Source: Candidatus Krumholzibacteriia bacterium (GTDB taxonomy: Bacteria; Krumholzibacteriota; Krumholzibacteriia; LZORAL124-64-63). From it: a stretch of DNA of 64,000 nt. Shown here one piece after another: positions 52,034 to 61,256 of the stretch. The translations under genes and the position numbers were made by a program. Position 1 is the stretch's first letter; the number at the start of each line of letters is the position of its first letter. The DNA lies in contig JBFXKG010000002.1 in the NCBI GenBank assembly GCA_050174015.1, positions 64,001 through 128,000 on the forward strand, read 5' to 3'. The notes below the pieces were generated by a model. That model saw only the letters and a list, made by a program, of their open reading frames with translations, did no database searches and was not told where the DNA came from.

Positions 52034-53011
52034 CTACATGGTCAGGGCCATCAGGCCCTTGGCGGTGTGCAGCCGGTTCTCGGCCTCGTCCCAGACGACC
52101 GAGTGCGGGCCGTCGATGACCCCGTCGGTGACTTCCTGGCCGCGGCTGGCCGGCAGCGGGTGCATGTAGATGGATCCGGGGGCGGTCAGGGCCATGCGCT
52201 TCTCGTCGGCGATCCACCCGGGGTACTTGTCGATGTGCTTCACCGCCGCCTGCCGGTCGGGCTCGTGGACCAGGCAGCCCCAGCTCTTGGGGTAGACGAT
52301 GTGGGCGCCCTCGAAGGCCGCGTCCATGTCGTCCACGATCCGGAACTCCCCGCCGGCCGCCTTGGCGTTGGCCTCGGCCTGCGCCAGGATCTCGGGCTTC
52401 AGCTTGAATTCGGGGGGATGGGCCAGGGTCACGTCCAGACCGAACCGGGTCATCAGCAGGATCTCCGAGTGGGGGACGGAGATGGGACGGACGTAACTGG
52501 GCGCGTAGGTCCAGCTGACCGTCATCTTGCGGCCGCGGACCTCGTCGCGGAACTTCTCGCGGATGGTCATCAGGTCGGCGACGGCCTGGCAGGGGTGGTA
52601 CAGGTCGCACTGGAGGTTGATCAAAGGCACCCGGCTGATCTCCGCGACGCTGCGCATGAAGCGGTTGCCCACGCCCCAGTCGCAGTTGCGGACGGCGATC
52701 CCGTGCCCCATGCGGCTGAGCACGCGGGCGGTGTCCTCGGCCGTCTCGCCGTGGCTGAGCTGGAGCTTGTCCGGCGACAGGAAGTGGGCGTGGCCGCCCA
52801 GCTGGGTCATGCCCGCCTCCATGCTGTTGCGGGTGCGGGTGCTCTGCTCGTAGAACATCATGAACAGGGTCTTGTCGCGCAGCAGGGCGTGGGGTTCGTC
52901 GCGGTAGAACTTGCGCTTGAGGTCCCAGCTGGTCTGCAGCAGCAGTTCGATCTCCTCGGTGGACCAATCCTGGGTGGTGATGAAGTGGCGTCCCTGGAGG
53001 GGCTTGCTCAT
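52034..53011 (-). CDS. Carbamoyltransferase, YgeW-like
   Basis: STRT, HPCQ, MHPLP; SWTYAPSYVRPISVPHS...LMTRFGLDVTLAHP and IVYPKSW resemble YgeW more than canonical ArgF. Confidence 0.8.
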   Translation of the reverse strand: MSKPLQGRHFITTQDWSTEEIELLLQTSWDLKRKFYRDEPHALLRDKTLFMMFYEQSTRTRNSMEAGMTQLGGHAHFLSPDKLQLSHGETAEDTARVLSRMGHGIAVRNCDWGVGNRFMRSVAEISRVPLINLQCDLYHPCQAVADLMTIREKFRDEVRGRKMTVSWTYAPSYVRPISVPHSEILLMTRFGLDVTLAHPPEFKLKPEILAQAEANAKAAGGEFRIVDDMDAAFEGAHIVYPKSWGCLVHEPDRQAAVKHIDKYPGWIADEKRMALTAPGSIYMHPLPASRGQEVTDGVIDGPHSVVWDEAENRLHTAKGLMALTM

Positions 53012-53124
53012 GGGGGTTCCTTTCTCGCCGGGTGGGCGCCCGGTCGCCCGTGGTTCGTCGCGGTAACCGGGGAATGTAATCCATGACCGGGCGGCGACTC
53101 AAACCCGATGTCGCCGCCGGCCCC

Positions 53125-53156
53125 AAAAAAAACCGCCCGCGCGAAGGCGGGCGGTT
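53125..53156 (-). terminator. Rho-independent terminator of the LTD gene
   Basis: Minus strand CCGCCCGC-loop-GCGGGCGG followed by T8. Confidence 0.85.
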
Positions 53157-53180
53157 CCGGGGTCCAGGGGACGCCGGAGT

Positions 53181-53804
53181 CTACCGGAAGGTCGCCTTCA
53201 ACGAGCCCCAGCTGGAGGCGTCGTCGGCCACGCTGCCGCAGTCCTCGTTGTGGTGGCCGATCCCGGTGAAGATGTCCACCGGCTCGAAGGACCACTCGAC
53301 GCAGGGATCGAACAGGTCGTCGATGACGGTGTCCCCGCTGCAGACGCCGGGGCGCCTGATCAGGGTGTGGTTCACGGTGTTCCCATCGTCGCAGGACCAG
53401 TAGCTGCCCGGGTCCTCGCCCACGCGGCCGAAGCTGTCGACGGGAATGCCGTTGAAGGCCAGGACCAGGGCGTCGTCGCCGTTGAAGTTGAGGTTGCCGT
53501 TGGTCTGGTCGGCCAGGGCCAGCAACACGCCGGTCGCCAGGGGGTTGGTCAGGACGAAGACCTCGCCGACGGCCAGATCCACGGCGTCCAGGGGGATGGC
53601 GATGGAAGTCGTGGCGCCGTTGGAGTAGCGTTCGATGGCATAGCCGCCGAGGTTGATGACGTCCTCGGTCCCGTTGTAGATCTCCAAGGCCTTGTTGTCG
53701 CCGGAGCCCTCGACGTATTCGGAGATGATCAGGTCGGAGGTTTGGGCGAAGGCGGTCCCGGCCAGCAGGGTCAGCAAGCCGATTACCGTTAACGATTTCA
53801 TCAT
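53181..53804 (-). CDS. Secreted lamin-tail-domain (LTD) protein with C-terminal 'WGxLKxTFR' tail
   Basis: Signal peptide; SDLIISEYVEGSGDNKALEIYNGT...FNGDDAL...VDSFG; ends VADDASSWGSLKATFR. Confidence 0.85.
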   Translation of the reverse strand: MMKSLTVIGLLTLLAGTAFAQTSDLIISEYVEGSGDNKALEIYNGTEDVINLGGYAIERYSNGATTSIAIPLDAVDLAVGEVFVLTNPLATGVLLALADQTNGNLNFNGDDALVLAFNGIPVDSFGRVGEDPGSYWSCDDGNTVNHTLIRRPGVCSGDTVIDDLFDPCVEWSFEPVDIFTGIGHHNEDCGSVADDASSWGSLKATFR

Positions 53805-53941
53805 AGAACTCCTGTTCCAGCTCGGGTTTGGCCGTACACGCAGCGGTGGACGTTCCGGGACCAGGAAGCCTACGCTTTCCGTCCGGGCGAGTCCTGAGAT
53901 TATATCAAAACTTACCCAGAATTGTCAAACCTAATCGGCCG

Positions 53942-55144
53942 TCACCCGGTCTTCACCCACTCGGGAGGGAAGGCGGCATAGACGGCGCAGGCCTCGATCA
54001 CCTGATCTTCAGGGACGTGCTCGTTGGCGGTATGGGCGACCTCCTCGGGGCCGGGACCCAGCCCGAAGCAGGGGACCCCGTGGAGACCCATGATGCTCAC
54101 GCCGTTGGTGCTGAAGTTCCAGCGGGATGTCTCCGGTTCCCTCCCCAGGACACCATAGTACGCTTTGCGGGCGGCTGCCAGCGCGGAGTGGTCCGGGGGC
54201 AGCACCCAGGTGGGATAGTACTTGTCCATCGGGTAGACCAGCCCGGTCCAGGCCTCCTCCTCGTAGGTGAGGGTGAAGACCTCGGCCTCGACCCCGGCCG
54301 CCGACAGGGCCGCTTCGATCTCGGCGATGGCGGACTCCCTGGTATCGCCGACGGTCAGGCGCCGGTCGACGTGGAACTCGGCTTCGTCGGGGACCGCGCA
54401 CAGGCTGGGGGTCCGGCACCCTATCCAGCTGATCGTGCAGGTGCCCTTGCCCAGGAACTCGTCGTCGGCAAGCTGCAGGTTCAGCTGTTCGATGGCGGTG
54501 ATCGCCGGGGCGATCTTGTAGATGGCGTTGTCCCCGAGATGGGGCATGCTGCCGTGGCACGACTTGCCCTTGACCCGCACGCGGATCTCCATGCGGCCGC
54601 GCTGCCCGCGGTTCAACCGCAGGCTGGTGGGCTCGGTGGAGATCACCAGCTCGGGCCGGAGGGTCTTTTCCTGGAGGATGTGGTGCCAGCACAGGCCGTC
54701 GCAATCCTCCTCCATGACCGATCCCACCATCCAGACCTGCACGCCATCGAGCAGACCCAGCTCCTTCATGAGGGCCCCGGCGTGGACCATGGCGGCCATG
54801 CCCGCCTTCTGATCCACCGCTCCCCGGCCGTACACCATGCCGCCCTCGACCTTGCCCCGGTAGGGGTCGCAGTCCCAGGCGCCGGGGTCGCTGATCCCGA
54901 CGGTGTCGACGTGGGCGTCGAAGGCCATCACGCGGGGGCCGTCGCCCACGCGGCCCAGGACGTTGCCCAGGGCGTCGAACCTGACCTCGTCGAATCCGAC
55001 GGCGCGCATCTCCTGGGCGATGCGCTCGACGACGGCCTTCTCCTTCCCGCTGGGACTGGGGATCGCGACGATGTCGCGGAGGAACCCGATGATCCGGTCG
55101 CGGCGGCCTTCGGCCGCAGCCCTGATGCGTGTCTGTGCGGTCAT
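53942..55144 (-). CDS. ygeY: YgeY-family M20 hydrolase
   Basis: FDAHVDTVG, GRGAVDQKAGMA, EEDCDGLCW, GQRGRME, HGSMP, FSTNGVSIMG; ATGA overlap with the ssnA-like gene. Confidence 0.88.
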   Translation of the reverse strand: MTAQTRIRAAAEGRRDRIIGFLRDIVAIPSPSGKEKAVVERIAQEMRAVGFDEVRFDALGNVLGRVGDGPRVMAFDAHVDTVGISDPGAWDCDPYRGKVEGGMVYGRGAVDQKAGMAAMVHAGALMKELGLLDGVQVWMVGSVMEEDCDGLCWHHILQEKTLRPELVISTEPTSLRLNRGQRGRMEIRVRVKGKSCHGSMPHLGDNAIYKIAPAITAIEQLNLQLADDEFLGKGTCTISWIGCRTPSLCAVPDEAEFHVDRRLTVGDTRESAIAEIEAALSAAGVEAEVFTLTYEEEAWTGLVYPMDKYYPTWVLPPDHSALAAARKAYYGVLGREPETSRWNFSTNGVSIMGLHGVPCFGLGPGPEEVAHTANEHVPEDQVIEACAVYAAFPPEWVKTG

Positions 55145-56526
55145 GATTGCCATCCCATGTGTTTCCACATCCGGGCCGCGGTCTGCTGCAGGATCTCGGC
55201 CTCGACGGGCGGGTTGTCCCCGCGCTTGTAGACCGGACGGCCGCCCACGTACACCGACTCGATGTCCCACGGGTGGAAGTCGAACAGCAGGTGGCCGAGC
55301 CAGGTGTCGGAGGTCAGCGGGGTCTTCTGGAAGTTGTCGAGGATGATGAAGTCGGCGGGAGCCCCGGGGTCGAGGCTGCCGAAGGGTTCGCCGAAGATCT
55401 CCCGGGCCAGGCGGAAGTTGCCCAGCCAGAACCGGGCGGCGTTGGCGTGGCTCAGCGGCCCGCGGCCGCCCTCGTTGCCCCGGAAGAAGGTGGTGCGCAG
55501 CTCGCCCCACAGGTTGTCGTCCAGGCCGTCGGTGCCCAGGCCCGCCCTGGCGGGGAAGCGATCCACCGGGGCGCGCCCCACGCCGTTGTTCATGTTCGAG
55601 CGGCCGCAGTGGATGAGCCAGACCCCCTTCTCCTCGAGCAGCTGCATGTCGATGGGGGACAGGTCCACCCCGTGGGCGAAGATGCTGCGGGGGCGCACCA
55701 GGCCGTTCAGCGCCAGGCGTTCCAGAGGGTCCTTCCAGCCGCGGTCCCGGCTGACCTCGCGGTCGGTGGTGCCCTCGGCCAGGTGGATGTGCAGGCCGGC
55801 GTCGAAGCGGCTGCAGATGTCCGACAGCAGGGTCAGGGTCTTGTCCTCGAGGGTGAAGCTGGCATGGGCGCCAACCAGGCCGCGGAACCGGGGCACCCCT
55901 GCCTGGGGGCTGTCCATCAGCTTCTGGAGGTAGCGCTCGTTCTCGGCGAGGGTCATGTCCCGCTGGCCCTTGCCGCCGCGGTCGGTGGTCTCGTAGCAGA
56001 GGCAGCCGCGCAGGCCGACCTCGTCCAGGCCCTGCTCGACGCGGTCGAGGGAGTGGCCCACGCAGGCCAGGCTGGCGTGGTGGTCGAAGATCATGGTCGT
56101 GCCGCAGCGCACCGCGTCCCAGGCGCCGGCCTTGGCGCTGAGGTAGATGGCGTCGGCGTCGAGGGCGCGGTCGAGCGGCCACCAGATCTCGGTCAGGATG
56201 TCCGTGAAGGTTTCCAGGGGGGCCTTGGGCAGGGGCATGCCGGCCGCCAGGGCGGCGTAGAGGTGGCCGTGGGCGTTGACGTTGCCGGGCATGACGGTCA
56301 CTCCGGCCAGATCGACGACCTGTTCCCCGGGCAGGGGGACGAGATCCTCGCCCCGCTCGGCGACGCGTTCCCCCTGGATGCGCAGGTCCCCGCGCACCAC
56401 CTGCGGTCGGGGTTCGGCCTCCAGGGCGGCGGGGAAGTAGTCCAGGATCACGGCGTTCTTCAGAAGCAGGGCATCCTGCGGGGAGGCTTGGGATTTGCGG
56501 TCCGCATCCTTGGCCATCACGATCAT
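55141..56526 (-). CDS. ssnA: SsnA-like amidohydrolase
   Basis: NAHGHLY, WWPLDRALD, GTTMIFDHHAS, GAHASFTL, HIHLAEG, SNMNNGVG, GTDG. Confidence 0.85.
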   Translation of the reverse strand: MIVMAKDADRKSQASPQDALLLKNAVILDYFPAALEAEPRPQVVRGDLRIQGERVAERGEDLVPLPGEQVVDLAGVTVMPGNVNAHGHLYAALAAGMPLPKAPLETFTDILTEIWWPLDRALDADAIYLSAKAGAWDAVRCGTTMIFDHHASLACVGHSLDRVEQGLDEVGLRGCLCYETTDRGGKGQRDMTLAENERYLQKLMDSPQAGVPRFRGLVGAHASFTLEDKTLTLLSDICSRFDAGLHIHLAEGTTDREVSRDRGWKDPLERLALNGLVRPRSIFAHGVDLSPIDMQLLEEKGVWLIHCGRSNMNNGVGRAPVDRFPARAGLGTDGLDDNLWGELRTTFFRGNEGGRGPLSHANAARFWLGNFRLAREIFGEPFGSLDPGAPADFIILDNFQKTPLTSDTWLGHLLFDFHPWDIESVYVGGRPVYKRGDNPPVEAEILQQTAARMWKHMGWQS

Positions 56527-56612
56527 CCTCCTGCCCGGCGGCTGCTGGGGGTTCGAACTCTGGACCTGGAATCTAACACACCGGATGCGCGGAAGGAAAT
56601 CCGCGCTGGGCG

Positions 56613-56641
56613 AAAAAAGGCCCCGCCGTGGAGGCGGGGCC
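56613..56641 (-). terminator. Rho-independent terminator of the ABC operon
   Basis: Minus strand GGCCCCGCC-loop-GGCGGGGCC followed by T6. Confidence 0.85.
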
Positions 56642-56661
56642 CTGCCGCGGCCGGGGGACCG

Positions 56662-57705
56662 TCAGCCCTGGTCGGGCCGCAGGTCCTCCAGCGACTTGAA
56701 GATGTTCTTGGTCGTGTAGCTGGTGACCACCCAGATGCGGTCCTGCCCCCGGATGCGCATCCAGGTGCCGGCCTGCCTGTCGCCGTCCGCCGGGCGCTCG
56801 GCGCCGAATTCCAGGACCAGCTCGGTCCCGTCCTCCAGGACCAGCGTGGCCGAGCGGGCGGGCGCGTCCAGGCCGTAGGCGGCCAGGTCGCCCCCGGGAT
56901 CGTCCACGTCGGCCGCCCTGATGTTCACCAGGGAGCCCAGCACGCCGTCGGCCTTGGTCTTGGCCAGCATCTCGGAGCCGGGCTTCACCAGCTTCCATTC
57001 CCAGGTCAGGCGGTCCACCCCGGGATCGGTTCCGGTGGTGTCGCCCTCGGCCGGGGGATTGGGTGCGAACTCCTTGGCCATCTCGATGACCTGGTCGCCG
57101 TCCCGCAGGACGATGCGGTCGACGGCGTTCCGGTCCTCCTTCACCGCCTGCAGGTCGAGGAAGTGGCGGGGCTTGGGCGCGGCGATCTCGCCGTAGATCC
57201 CCAGCTGGGACAGCACGCTTTCGCGGCTGAGGTAGACGGCATCGGTGCCGGGCAGCCTCACGAAGTTGCCGGGCTGCCCCTGGGATGCGTTGCCGGCCTC
57301 CAGCCCGAACACCTGGGATCCTCCCTTGTATCCGCGGATGTGGACGGCGGTTCCGTCGTCCAGACCGTAGTCGGCGAGGACCCCGGGGTCGTCCGACCGG
57401 TACTCCCCGGCCAGGTCGCTCAGGGTGCGCAGCAGGCCGTCGATGCGGTCCTGGCTGACGGGGGCGTCCCAGGACGTGGCCAGGGTCCAGCCTGCGGGGG
57501 CCTTGACCAGGTCGAGGACGACCTCGGTTTCGCCCTGGCCGAGGGTGATGCGGTCGAGGTCGTCGCTCGTGATCTCCCGGTCGATGAGCACCGCGGCGGA
57601 GGACCGGCTGGTGCGCGACTGGTGGGCGCTCTTCTGCCAGAAACTGACGGCCCCCAGCGCCAGCACGACAACCGCCAGGATGATCAGGGTCCTGTTGTTG
57701 ATCAT
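56662..57705 (-). CDS. DUF4340-like membrane-anchored protein
   Basis: N-terminal TM; two LAxYGLD repeats; last gene of the GldAFG-like operon. Confidence 0.75.
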   Translation of the reverse strand: MINNRTLIILAVVVLALGAVSFWQKSAHQSRTSRSSAAVLIDREITSDDLDRITLGQGETEVVLDLVKAPAGWTLATSWDAPVSQDRIDGLLRTLSDLAGEYRSDDPGVLADYGLDDGTAVHIRGYKGGSQVFGLEAGNASQGQPGNFVRLPGTDAVYLSRESVLSQLGIYGEIAAPKPRHFLDLQAVKEDRNAVDRIVLRDGDQVIEMAKEFAPNPPAEGDTTGTDPGVDRLTWEWKLVKPGSEMLAKTKADGVLGSLVNIRAADVDDPGGDLAAYGLDAPARSATLVLEDGTELVLEFGAERPADGDRQAGTWMRIRGQDRIWVVTSYTTKNIFKSLEDLRPDQG

Positions 57706-57718
57706 GTAGGCTCCTCCA

Positions 57719-59479
57719 TCAATGGGCGCCGCCGGCGCGGCGCAGGGCTTCGGAGTAACGGGCGGCATCCTTGCGCCGCATGCCGGCGCGAATGATGCCG
57801 TAGGCCGCCAGGACCACGGGCACCACCAGGACGACGAACAGGCGCCAGGCCATCTTCTCGCCGGCCTCCACCGCACGGATGACCCGCTGGGTCAGGGTCT
57901 TGGCGCGGATCTCCAGCAGATCGTGGGAGCCGGCCATGAAGTCCACCGCGTTGAGCAGCAGCAGGGCGTTCTGCGGAGCGCTGATGATGTTGTCGTCGAA
58001 CATCTTCGCGCTCCCGATCACCAGCAGCTGGGCGGGCGCCGGGGTGATCTCCGCCGGGGCTTCGGGACCGGCGGGCTCTTCCGCGGCGTCCTCGGCCGGG
58101 GGGGCGGCCTCGGGCCAGGCCGGGACCTCCTTGCCCTCGTAGAGGTCGGGGAACTGCCCGGAAACCAGCACGGCCAGGGGCTGCGGGCCCAGCATGGTCT
58201 TGCCGGCGGGATCGAGGGCGCTGCCCGGCAGCGGGGCCGTGTCGAAGCCCATGGTCCAGCAGTTGGGGCTGGACTCGATGAGGTTCACGGCTTGCAGGCC
58301 GTGGGCGGCCATCTGCTCGACGTCCACGGTCACCGGGGTGCCCCACAGGTAGAACAGCGAACCGATGCGGTTGACCAGAGGGGAATCCTGGAGCATCTGA
58401 TCCTCGGTCACGCGGATCTGCATGGGGACCTTGACCGGCTCGCGGGTCTGCATCCTGAGGCCGCCGAGGTTGACCTCGCGCGGCAGGTCGATGGTCTCCA
58501 TGTTGGCGTCGAAGAAGTGGTCCTCGCCCAGGTCGAGGCCCAGCTCGGCGAGCATGGGCTCGAGCCCGGTGGCGGTCTCGATGCCGCTCAGGGACCAGCC
58601 GCCGCTGCGGCCGGGGCTGTAGTTGTACTCGTGGGCCTGGACGCCCATGACCACGGGCACGCCGCGCCGCAGCGCGCGGCCGATCTCGTAGACCTGGCGT
58701 TCGTTCAGCCCGGTCACGGCCATGACGATCAGGCAGTCGACGTCCTCGGGCAGGGGATCGTCCTCGGTCAGCTGGACGGGGACGGCCTCGTAGTGCCCGT
58801 TGCGCAGCAGCTCACTCAGCTGGGTGTACTGGTCCTGGGGCTCGGGCGGCTGCATGCCCTGCTGCAGGTACATCATGGCCAGCTGCTGGTCCACGGCCTT
58901 GCGCGGGGCGACGACGGCCACGCGCGGCGTCTTCTCGCGGGTCAGGCGGTACACCGGTCCGATGATGTCCTGTTCCAGGGCCGCCAGGTTCTGCGGCAGC
59001 ACCCGAGGCAGCACCTCCTCGGGCTTGTCCTTGTAGGCGATGGTGATCGCGCTCCAGATCAGCTTGATGCCCATCTCGTCCTTCTCGATGGACTGGACCT
59101 GGAACGGCGAGATGCCCTTGCCGGTCAGGGCCTGCTGCATCTGCTCGTCGTCCTGCGGATTGTAGACCGCGAACTGCAGCATGCCGTCGCTGACCTGCTC
59201 GAAGTTGCGCATCTGCTCGGTGATGTCCCGCTCGAGGTTGCGCAGCTGCGTCGGCATCTTGTCGGCCGGGGTGATGTAGAGCTTCACCTGCACGGGCACC
59301 TTCAGGCTCTGCAGGATCTTGACCGCCGGGTCCGAGAGGGTGAACAGGCGGTCGCTGGTCAGGTCCGCCCGCGCGCCCTGCATGTTGCCGGTCACCGAGA
59401 TCAGGAAGAACGCGATGGCCGCCAGCAGCACGGTGGCGACGGCGAAGGTCAGGCGGAAGTTCCGTCGTTTGCTGTTCAT
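57719..59479 (-). CDS. GldG-like ABC transporter auxiliary component
   Basis: RADLTSDRLFTLS; NALLLLNAVDFM...LLEIRAK; N- and C-terminal TM helices. Confidence 0.85.
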   Translation of the reverse strand: MNSKRRNFRLTFAVATVLLAAIAFFLISVTGNMQGARADLTSDRLFTLSDPAVKILQSLKVPVQVKLYITPADKMPTQLRNLERDITEQMRNFEQVSDGMLQFAVYNPQDDEQMQQALTGKGISPFQVQSIEKDEMGIKLIWSAITIAYKDKPEEVLPRVLPQNLAALEQDIIGPVYRLTREKTPRVAVVAPRKAVDQQLAMMYLQQGMQPPEPQDQYTQLSELLRNGHYEAVPVQLTEDDPLPEDVDCLIVMAVTGLNERQVYEIGRALRRGVPVVMGVQAHEYNYSPGRSGGWSLSGIETATGLEPMLAELGLDLGEDHFFDANMETIDLPREVNLGGLRMQTREPVKVPMQIRVTEDQMLQDSPLVNRIGSLFYLWGTPVTVDVEQMAAHGLQAVNLIESSPNCWTMGFDTAPLPGSALDPAGKTMLGPQPLAVLVSGQFPDLYEGKEVPAWPEAAPPAEDAAEEPAGPEAPAEITPAPAQLLVIGSAKMFDDNIISAPQNALLLLNAVDFMAGSHDLLEIRAKTLTQRVIRAVEAGEKMAWRLFVVLVVPVVLAAYGIIRAGMRRKDAARYSEALRRAGGAH

Positions 59480-59480
59480 G

Positions 59481-60206
59481 CTAGTACTTCCTCCCTTCCA
59501 GCCAGAGGGCGTTGAGGGCGAGGAAGACGGCGGTCAGGCCCAGGAAGTAGGCCAGGTCGCCCAGGGAAACCACCCCGCGCAGCATCATGTCGTAGTGGTT
59601 GGAGAGCCCCACGAAGTTCTGGAGGAAGGAGCCCAGGCCGGGCACCCAGCCGTCGATGGTGGCGGCCACTCCGCCCACGCCCAGGATGAAGACCAGGAAG
59701 CAGGCCATGATCCCCAGGATCACCGCCGAGATCTGGTCGCGCATCAGGCCGCTGGTGAAGGTCCCGATGCCCAGGTACAGGGCCCCCAGCAGGGCCGCCC
59801 CGATGTACCCGCTCCAGACGGCGCCCAGGTCGGGGTTGCCCAGGCTGGCGACCATGACGACCAGGGGCAGGGTTCCCGCGAGGGCCAGCAGGTAGAAGCA
59901 GAACGCGGCCAGGTACTTGCCCAGCATGACGTCCCCGGTGCGCATGGGCAGCGTCATCAGCAGCTCGAAGGTGCCGGTGCGCTTGTCCTCGGCCCACAGC
60001 CGCATGCTGACCGCGGGGATGAAGAAGATCAGGAAGAAGGGCAGGTTCCCGAAGAAGGCCCGCAGGTCGGCGGTCCCGTTCAGGAAGAACCCCGTCATGA
60101 ACAGCCCGCTGTTCAGCACCAGGAAGGCGATGATGAAGATGTAGGCGATGGGGCTGTTGAAGTAGGCGGCGAACTCGCGCCGGAAGATGGTAGCGGTGCT
60201 CGTCAT
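59481..60206 (-). CDS. ABC-2 permease, GldF-like
   Basis: REFAAYFNSPIAY, SMRLWAEDKRTGTFELLMTLP, LGKYLA. Confidence 0.9.
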   Translation of the reverse strand: MTSTATIFRREFAAYFNSPIAYIFIIAFLVLNSGLFMTGFFLNGTADLRAFFGNLPFFLIFFIPAVSMRLWAEDKRTGTFELLMTLPMRTGDVMLGKYLAAFCFYLLALAGTLPLVVMVASLGNPDLGAVWSGYIGAALLGALYLGIGTFTSGLMRDQISAVILGIMACFLVFILGVGGVAATIDGWVPGLGSFLQNFVGLSNHYDMMLRGVVSLGDLAYFLGLTAVFLALNALWLEGRKY

Positions 60207-61172
60207 CTACGCCACCCCCCTCATCCGCGCGGCCCGTTCGGTGTGGGCGCGCCTGGTCAGGGCGATGAAGGTGTCCTCGAGGCTGAAGGCGGCCTCGCGA
60301 AGTTCAGCGATTTCCCAGTCCTGCTGGCGGGCCAGACGGGCGACGGCCCCGACCAGGTCCTGGTCGAAGGGACCGCCGATCTCGAAGCGGCAGCCCCGGT
60401 CGACCGTGAGCTGCTTGACGCTGGTCACCTCGGGGAGCCCGCGCAGGGCGCTCTCGATGCCCTCGGGACCGCGGCGCAGACCGCAGAACACCCGGTTGCT
60501 TCCCATGGCCTCGCGGGACAGGGCGTCGATGCGGCCGTCGGCGATGATCATGCCCTCGTTGATGATCACCACCCGGTCGGTCACCGGGCTCACCTCCTGC
60601 AGGATGTGGGTCGAGAAGATGATCGTCTTGTGGCCGGCGAGGCTCTTGATCAGCTCGCGGATGCCCATGATCTGCAGGGGGTCCAGGCCGCTGGTGGGCT
60701 CGTCCAGGATCAGGATGTCCGGGTCGTGGATCAGGGCCTGGGCCAGGCCCGTGCGCTGCCGGTAGCCCTTGGACAGCTCGCCGATGGTCTTCTTGAACTC
60801 CGTCTTCAGACCGCAGGCCTCGACGCACCAGTCGAGGCGCTGGTTGAGCTTCTGGCCGCCGAGGCCGCGGGCGCGGCCCACGAAGGTCAGGTACTCGTCG
60901 ACCTTCATGTCCAGGTACAGGGGCACGTTCTCGGGCAGGTAGCCGATTCGGCTGCGGACCGCCAGGGGCTGCTCCAGGACGTCGATCCCATCCACCTTCA
61001 CGGTGCCCTCGTCGGGGGCCAGGAAGGTGGTGATGATCTTCATCGTCGTGCTCTTGCCGGCGCCGTTGGGACCGAGGAAACCGAGGATCTCTCCCCGGCC
61101 GATCCTGAACGAGACCTCGTCGAGCGCGAGCGTCGTCCCGAAGTTCTTCGTGATTCCACGGACTTCGATCAT
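60207..61172 (-). CDS. ABC transporter ATP-binding protein, GldA-like
   Basis: GPNGAGKST, LSKGYRQR, ILDEPTSGLDP, STHIL. Confidence 0.93.
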   Translation of the reverse strand: MIEVRGITKNFGTTLALDEVSFRIGRGEILGFLGPNGAGKSTTMKIITTFLAPDEGTVKVDGIDVLEQPLAVRSRIGYLPENVPLYLDMKVDEYLTFVGRARGLGGQKLNQRLDWCVEACGLKTEFKKTIGELSKGYRQRTGLAQALIHDPDILILDEPTSGLDPLQIMGIRELIKSLAGHKTIIFSTHILQEVSPVTDRVVIINEGMIIADGRIDALSREAMGSNRVFCGLRRGPEGIESALRGLPEVTSVKQLTVDRGCRFEIGGPFDQDLVGAVARLARQQDWEIAELREAAFSLEDTFIALTRRAHTERAARMRGVA

Positions 61173-61256
61173 CGCGAAGACTCCTCAGGGGTTGGAAGAA
61201 GAACCGGAAAATAAATGAGTTAACGTGCGCAGTATAAGCGCAACCGGGGAGAAACA

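Noticed and set aside
52034..53011. Canonical ornithine carbamoyltransferase argF
   Set aside because: It lacks the SMG motif, has YgeW-type segments, and lies in an ssnA/ygeY context.
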